Shown here: one piece after another, positions 58,030 through 64,000 of the stretch
Layout: every line of letters starts with the position of its first letter
Position numbering within the stretch: position 1 is the first letter of the stretch
NCBI GenBank assembly: GCA_964187785.1
Contig: OZ076409.1
Location: 87,794,001 to 87,858,000 of the forward strand
Length of the DNA stretch: 64,000 nt
From: Amphiscolops sp. MND2022
Lineage: Eukaryota
Reading direction: 5' to 3'
Translations under genes and position numbers: made by a program
The notes under the pieces: generated by a model
Seen by the model: the letters and a program-made list of their open reading frames with translations, nothing else
Database searches by the model: none
What the model was told of the DNA's origin: nothing

Positions 58030-58531
58030 AACAAGCCGGGAACGGCCCAAGTCGGCGCCATATCTAAGGCTCAAAAAGACTCGAAAACGAAAACCACTTT
58101 TTCTACAACTGGAGACAACAAAAGCTCTCAAAAAACTAAAAATTTCCGAATAGTTTCCGGTAAGTCGCAGAGTGCCAAAAAATGTAAAAGGGGGGACGCT
58201 TTGTGATTTTTTGAACATCCATTCTGTTGCAAAATATCAAAAATTGATGGGAGGAACAATAAAAAAAATTTCGGAAAAAAATCAGTCTCACAGTGCCGAA
58301 AAAAGGAGGAAAGTCTCAGAGTTTCGAAAAAAGTGGACCTTTCTGCTTTGGAATGGCTTTTTATCTCATGTTAGAGGCTTTGGATGCGTTGAAAATGAAG
58401 TATTAAGTACATATGGTAAAAGTTGGTAAATGTGCATCAATGCACAAAAAGTGGACGTTTCGCGTTGAACTGACGAAAAAAAACTAGCCACTGTAACAGT
58501 CGGGATTTTCTTCGAAAACGCCGACTAAAAA
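58030..58531 (-). mobile_element. HINE family A, complete copy
   Basis: AACAAGCCGGGAACGGCCCAAGTCGGCG...AGTCGGGATTTTCTTCGAAAACGCCGACTAAAAA. Confidence 0.88.
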
Positions 58532-58559
58532 TAAGAAAGGGAATTTTCAATTAAACAAT

Positions 58560-58599
58560 GAAGAACAAGAACAAGAAGAAGAAGAAGAAGAAGAAGAAA
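58560..58599. repeat. (GAA)n microsatellite
   Basis: GAAGAACAAGAACAA(GAA)8. Confidence 0.9.
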
Positions 58600-59760
58600 G
58601 GTAATTTCTTTGCTCAAGTGACTTGCTCAAGGTCACAAAGGTCGGACTGCTCACCGTTGCTCTTTTTGTTTAGCTTTTCTCCGCCAAATGCGTTTTTTTT
58701 GTCACTGACCATACCACAGTCTGAAATATTTTTCTGAAATACTGTCTTGACCGAGCTTGTACTGCAATTTCAAAATCGGTCAATTAAAAGTTTTTCAGCG
58801 TCAGTATAGGTATTAATTTCGATCAATAATTGAAGTAAAAATGTAAAAAAAATGCATAGATTATTTTACAATGAAATTCAAACCCAAATATGGATCAGCG
58901 CAAGTAGTGTGAAATCTTCTGGACGGATGATTCATAGTTTGATCGATTGACATGTTCGTTTCAGTTTCTGGAACAAAACTGAATCTTAGAAAAGATGAAG
59001 GTGGAAAAATAATTACCAACGAGAGCAACGACTTTGGTCTGAATCAAACAACTTTGGGCTTGCTAAAACTTCATTTGGACAATCGAATACCTAAGCCACT
59101 GCAAAAGCCAAGAAACTAGAGAGAACTGATAAGTTCGTCTTTGACGGAAACTAAAACAAAGTTTTTATAGAATAGCTTCATCAAAAGAGTGGTTGCCCCT
59201 TGGAACACCGAAACAATAATAAAAAATAAAGATTTATATGAAACTGTAGAAAATTGAAATATTTCACTTCAAAAATTAAACAGGAAGTATAACAACCTCA
59301 GCATAGTATGAAATGTTGGAGACATTATCGTTTCAAGTGAAGTGTTACTAGTGCATCTCCTTGTTTTTATTTGATATGATGATTTTTTGTGTATTATTCT
59401 ACACACTGCCGTTTTTGCAAAATCGGTATACAGTGTTTTTATAAGCGTATCTTATTTATCAGCTTGAAAATCATTACAACTGAAATTTCAAAATCCGTCA
59501 GTTCTACTTGGATCTTATCATGCTAGTTCTTGTCAGCCTAACATGCGCAACGATATCCAGCCCTGTCCAATTCCATTTGCTATGTAACCATATGCTTACA
59601 TACACTCGAAAAGACATGACCAGCGGGCTCATGAACCTTATTAACGTTAACACCGATACTTTACACGCTAGATGAGAGAACTGATCAGTATAATAAAAAA
59701 GCTCGTCATTGGTTATACTTGACTTTAAAATTTTCCATTTTACTGATCTTTATTTTTATC

Positions 59761-59945
59761 TGCTGTGATAAACGTCATCACACATTACTTCATCAGGACC
59801 GTCAACCTGCAACGGTAACAGCCACCACGGCACTGAACTGCGCAATGAGATCGCTTTTTTTGTTGCCGATTCCTACCAGTAACACTGTCAAGTGGTTCGA
59901 GAACATTGGTCACCTACGCTCTTTTGGATTCCGGGACCAAAATGT
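59761..59945 (+). mobile_element. BEL/Pao gag-protease junction fragment
   Basis: CDKRHHTLLH (third Pao zinc knuckle) and TYALLDSG (protease) in shifted frames. Confidence 0.75.
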
Positions 59946-59949
59946 TTAA

Positions 59950-62900
59950 GGGAACGATGTCCTAATTAGAATGCAGGGAAAAATGTCGGAAATGTCCAAT
60001 CTCCCAACTAAAGAAGGGTCTAATTTTAAGTGAAGACAACTTTTGGCGCGTCTTGAAGAACTGCACATGAGTCACATATACAATCTGACTTGAATTGATT
60101 AACAATCTGAATCAATGAGTAGTTCACAAAATTCAATGAGTCATTCACATATCCGGCCCCATTTGGCGGGAGGCAAATCGGATTAGTCTGTTTTGAGCCA
60201 GCATATCACAAGTCCAGAACTTTTGAGAGCCTGTTTACGGGGCGAGTGAAAGTACCATAAATCGTTAATATTTCACAAGATCGGACAACTCCATCTCAGC
60301 CTTCAATAGTTGATTTAACTCGTCCCATTGACCAGAGTCCACGAGGAGTGAAGTCCTCCATAAACCAAACGAAGTCCAAACAATAACCACTTCTAAAGTT
60401 GGACAAGTCTTGGGGTCCATTTTGACCTTGTTGTCAAGTTGGGCAAATATTCTCTGTTGAAGCGCTCCCAAAATATGTTCGCGAGCTGTTGCAAGACTCG
60501 CAAGTAGCAATTTTGATCCTGATTGAGATCTCTAAAATTGCAGAAGGCGTAATATTTGTCGGTCTTCCCAGTAAGAAATGATTTGGCGTCAAAGGTTCGT
60601 CATGGCGGTGGTCGGAAGAGACAGTTGTCAGATGTCTGTTGTTCAATATATTTTCGATTTCGATAGTTTCCAATGTAGACGGCGTCAGCTGTCGTGTCCC
60701 GGCAGTTTCGAAGAAAGTTTTTTTGAAGACTCTGATGAGCTTTTCCTAAGCTCCTCCAAATTGTGGTGCTGATGGCGGGTTAAAAACCCAGGTTATACCC
60801 TTCTGTAAAAGTCTGTCTTGCAAAACAGAGGCCTTGCTTTGCAGTTTCTCAATATCAGATTTTAAGGTATTGTTTTCTCCAATGAAGCTCGTACCATTGT
60901 CCAATCGGAATATTTCCGATCGTCATTGGCGGCTGATGAATAGTTGTATTGCTAAAAGTGTATCTTCTGTTGATAAAAACTCGGTAACTTCAGTGTGCAC
61001 TGAACGAGTTACAGACATGTGAAAAGCAGTATGTAACGCTTTTCATAGCTTCGTCGGTTCCTTACGGGAAAAGGTCCAAGATAGTCAACTTCTGTTGTCA
61101 CGAACGGGTGGGGGATGTTTTTTGACAGGCGGTCTCTTGGTAGGTCTCCAATGAGTGGTTGTCAAATGTCCTGGCGAAGTCTCCGGCAGGGTATGCAATT
61201 GCTAATTATTGATCGTGGAACTTTTCTTGATCGAAGAATCCAGTAGTGCTCTTGAAGTGCTGCTCTTGAATACTCCAGTCCACTATGTCCGTCTGCGATT
61301 TGAATGTGTTTTATTAGTAGATAAATTGTCCAATCTTCTGCATCCAAAATAATCGGATTTTTGCTCGTCAGTAATACGGTGCCTTTGAAAACCGTCCACG
61401 AGCGCAGAGAACGCCCGAGTTGTCGATGAAGGGCTGCAGAGTATGCAATTGGCTTTTAGTTGATAGTTCATGCCCTTTCTTTAATGCTGTGATGTCGTTT
61501 CTCCAAATTGTCGTCGTTGTGAAGTTTTTATAGTGTAACAAAACGCTTTGGTAAATGTCGAAGTTTCAGGGTTTTGTCTACATTCGGATTTCGTATGATG
61601 TCTGTTAACAATTAACAGCTCGAAAAGGATCTAAGAAGTCGGTTCCACTTACTGAACCTCTGTGGGTCGATTGTTTTTTCAAATGTGGGCTAATCGAAAG
61701 TCGAACTTGATGCTGCAAATGTTTAGTGTTGATCGCAGGTAACATCTGATGTATATGATAGCGGTTTTTTCGGCCATTCTTCGGGTGGTAAAAGCAGAAC
61801 TTTGGGTCCTTCAATCCATCTGCTACTGAGGTCATTTTGTCGGCTTTGTAACCCCGAGTTCCGTCATCGGCTGGATTGCTCTCAGTTGGATTGCTCTAGT
61901 TCCATTGATTAGCTGTGGTTGTTTCTAAAATGATTTCGAGTTTGTTGGCAATGAAAATCTTTGTCTTTTGTCTGCGGTATTGATCCATTTTAGACCTGCT
62001 GTACTGTCTGTCCAACAGAATGTGCTATTGATGAACAACCTGTGCTCTTTCAAAACGAAATTAGCGAGTCGAGCTCCGTTGGCGGCTGCTTGTAGCTCCA
62101 AGTTGGGTAGTGTCATCCGTTTCAGGTACTCTGTTCTTACCAATGATGAAGCAAATTTGAACAGATTGGTCCTTGTTGATGATGCGAAAGTAAGTTTCGT
62201 TGGCGATAGTTTTTTCTGATGAGTCATTGAAGATATGAAGCTCCACTACGGCGGGTGAACTGTCTTTGAAGTAATGTCGAGGGATTGCTAGTGTCTGATC
62301 CAAGATACAAGGTCAGGAGGGCGGCTCATATCAAGTTTGGTGTCCCAGCTCAAGTGTTGCTTCCATATCTCCTGGAGAGCTTGTCGCAGACGAATTGCTA
62401 ATGGTCCTGTCAACACAAGTGGGTCAAATATAGAAGAAAGAAGTTCTCTTTGGGTCATATAACCCTTATCTAAGAAGACTAGAAACTTTTCTCGGTCGAT
62501 GAGGTAGGTGTCTATTGAAGGTGTCCATTGAACACCAAGCACTCGTTGAGTTTTATTGGCAAGAAAATTGTCAATGGCGTTGGATACTAGATGTTTTTGT
62601 TCTGTTTGATGTAGGAAGTGTAAATTATTGGCGCTCCAGTTGAATTAAATAAAACGTTCAGAACAAAAGTCATTCTCAGTTCCTCCGCAACTAATGTTGC
62701 TGCGTCCACTGTGTCGAGAATTGTGAATAAGTCGTCCATGTAGATGTCCTGTGTGATAAATCACTGTATTTCTGGTCTACTGTGGGCGTGATCAGCTGCA
62801 CATCTTTGAACCGGATAACAAGCTACACAGGGCGAATCCGTCGCTCCAAAGATGTGGCCTGTATACTGGTACGTGATCTGCTGTCCATTTGTTGTCCACA

Positions 62901-64000
62901 GAAATCGCAAATGGTTAATCTTCGGGTTTCATTTTTACCTGCATAAACATTGCCTCTATGTCAGCAGTGTTTATAACTGTTCCTTGTCGAAATCTCATGA
63001 CAATTCCTGTCAGGTTACAAAGAATGTCGCGTACTGCTGTTCAGTGATACTCCTTGTTATGTACTACAGGCGTAGGTCACTCTTCTTACTTTTCCGGGTT
63101 TGTTGATGTTAGTAACCGGATGATGCGGAAGAAACCAAGCTTTGGCTGCTGCATTGGATTTAAGGTACACTTCGGTGATGTATCTTTTGGCGACAATAGA
63201 GTCAATCGTTTTTGGTAGAGATTCTTTAGATGGTGGTCTGGGGGCCCTTATTGAGTTGTTACTGTAGTGATCTCAGTTGTAGGTCGGCAACTATCCGGTT
63301 ATTCGAAAGTTTGACGTCGTCTTTCCACAGACGACCGATTTCGTAATGGCCATTAACAAGTTTTGTGGTCGATGCTAGATTCTTCAAGGCCATTTTGACT
63401 TGTTTTGAGTAGCTATAAACTTCCTCGTTTACTCCTGTTGTGTCGAATTGTATCAAAATTGAAACTTGTTGATACAAATCGCGATCAAAATCATCAGTTC
63501 GTGGGCATTGTTGATAATTAGTCGGTGCTGTTGTTGGTGGGGCAGACGTTCGCCCGGCGACTGTCCATCGTAAGAGAGTGTTGATTGCTTTAGGGCTATT
63601 TGGTGGTCAATTGATCACCCCTCGGCTCAATATTAGGTCGTATGCATCCATTCCAACGACGAGAAATGTATTTGTTGGCTGAAAAAGGGTTTACTATATG
63701 GATTAAGTGTGGGTTGTTTTTGGCAAATTTCATTGATAATGTCAGGTTGAATGTTGTTCAGATTCAGTCGAGGATCAGTTACAACATTTTCAAGAAGAGT
63801 GTAGGGCTGCGTTGAAGATCTGTAATGTCCTATCGTGACTTGAAGAGATGCGACTAAGATTTCATAAGTTTAATGAACCCCAGTCACTGTTATTGTTTCG
63901 TTGGGTTCCAGGCCAGGAACAAGTTGTCTTGCGGCGGCATCGGTCAGTAGCGTAAGAGAATTCCCGGAATTCAGAAGAGCGTAGGTGTCCAATGTTCTCG
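59950..64000 (-). mobile_element. Decayed BEL/Pao LTR retrotransposon pol region with PPT and 3' LTR start; continues past the window end
   Basis: TYALLNSG protease, GHYEIGRLWK, YMDD RT, LGVQW...IFDPL, ELHIFNDSS, TLPNLELQAA, WTDST, GHSG...YWI...CIPC, LNNRHLT...LTPNHFLLG; GGGGCCGGATA then TG at 60149. Lower boundary approximate. Confidence 0.92.

Overview
AT-rich, repeat-dense animal (invertebrate-like) genomic DNA with spliceosomal introns; no prokaryotic features. Host genes rebuilt by hand from splice sites: (1) a 7-exon diacylglycerol lipase (DAGL family, about 785 aa, + strand, 26023-43068), followed 352 bp later by a 736-codon Arg/Ser-repeat ORF; (2) a 2-exon probable mitoribosomal mS38/AURKAIP1-like gene; (3) a 4-exon divergent PRD-class homeobox gene; (4) a convergent minus-strand Cys-rich gene with ShKT-like and PLAC-like domains that the ORF track largely misses. 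The rest is mostly mobile DNA: a decayed Mag-type Gypsy with 111-bp LTRs, Copia, BEL/Pao, CRE-type and CR1/L2-type fragments, an internally deleted hAT with perfect TIR and TSD, many DINE-1-like Helentron non-autonomous elements (some carrying tRNA-like Pol III modules), and nested MITEs with unrelated TIRs that share one GC-rich multi-hairpin core. All homology calls are from motif recognition only; no searches were run.
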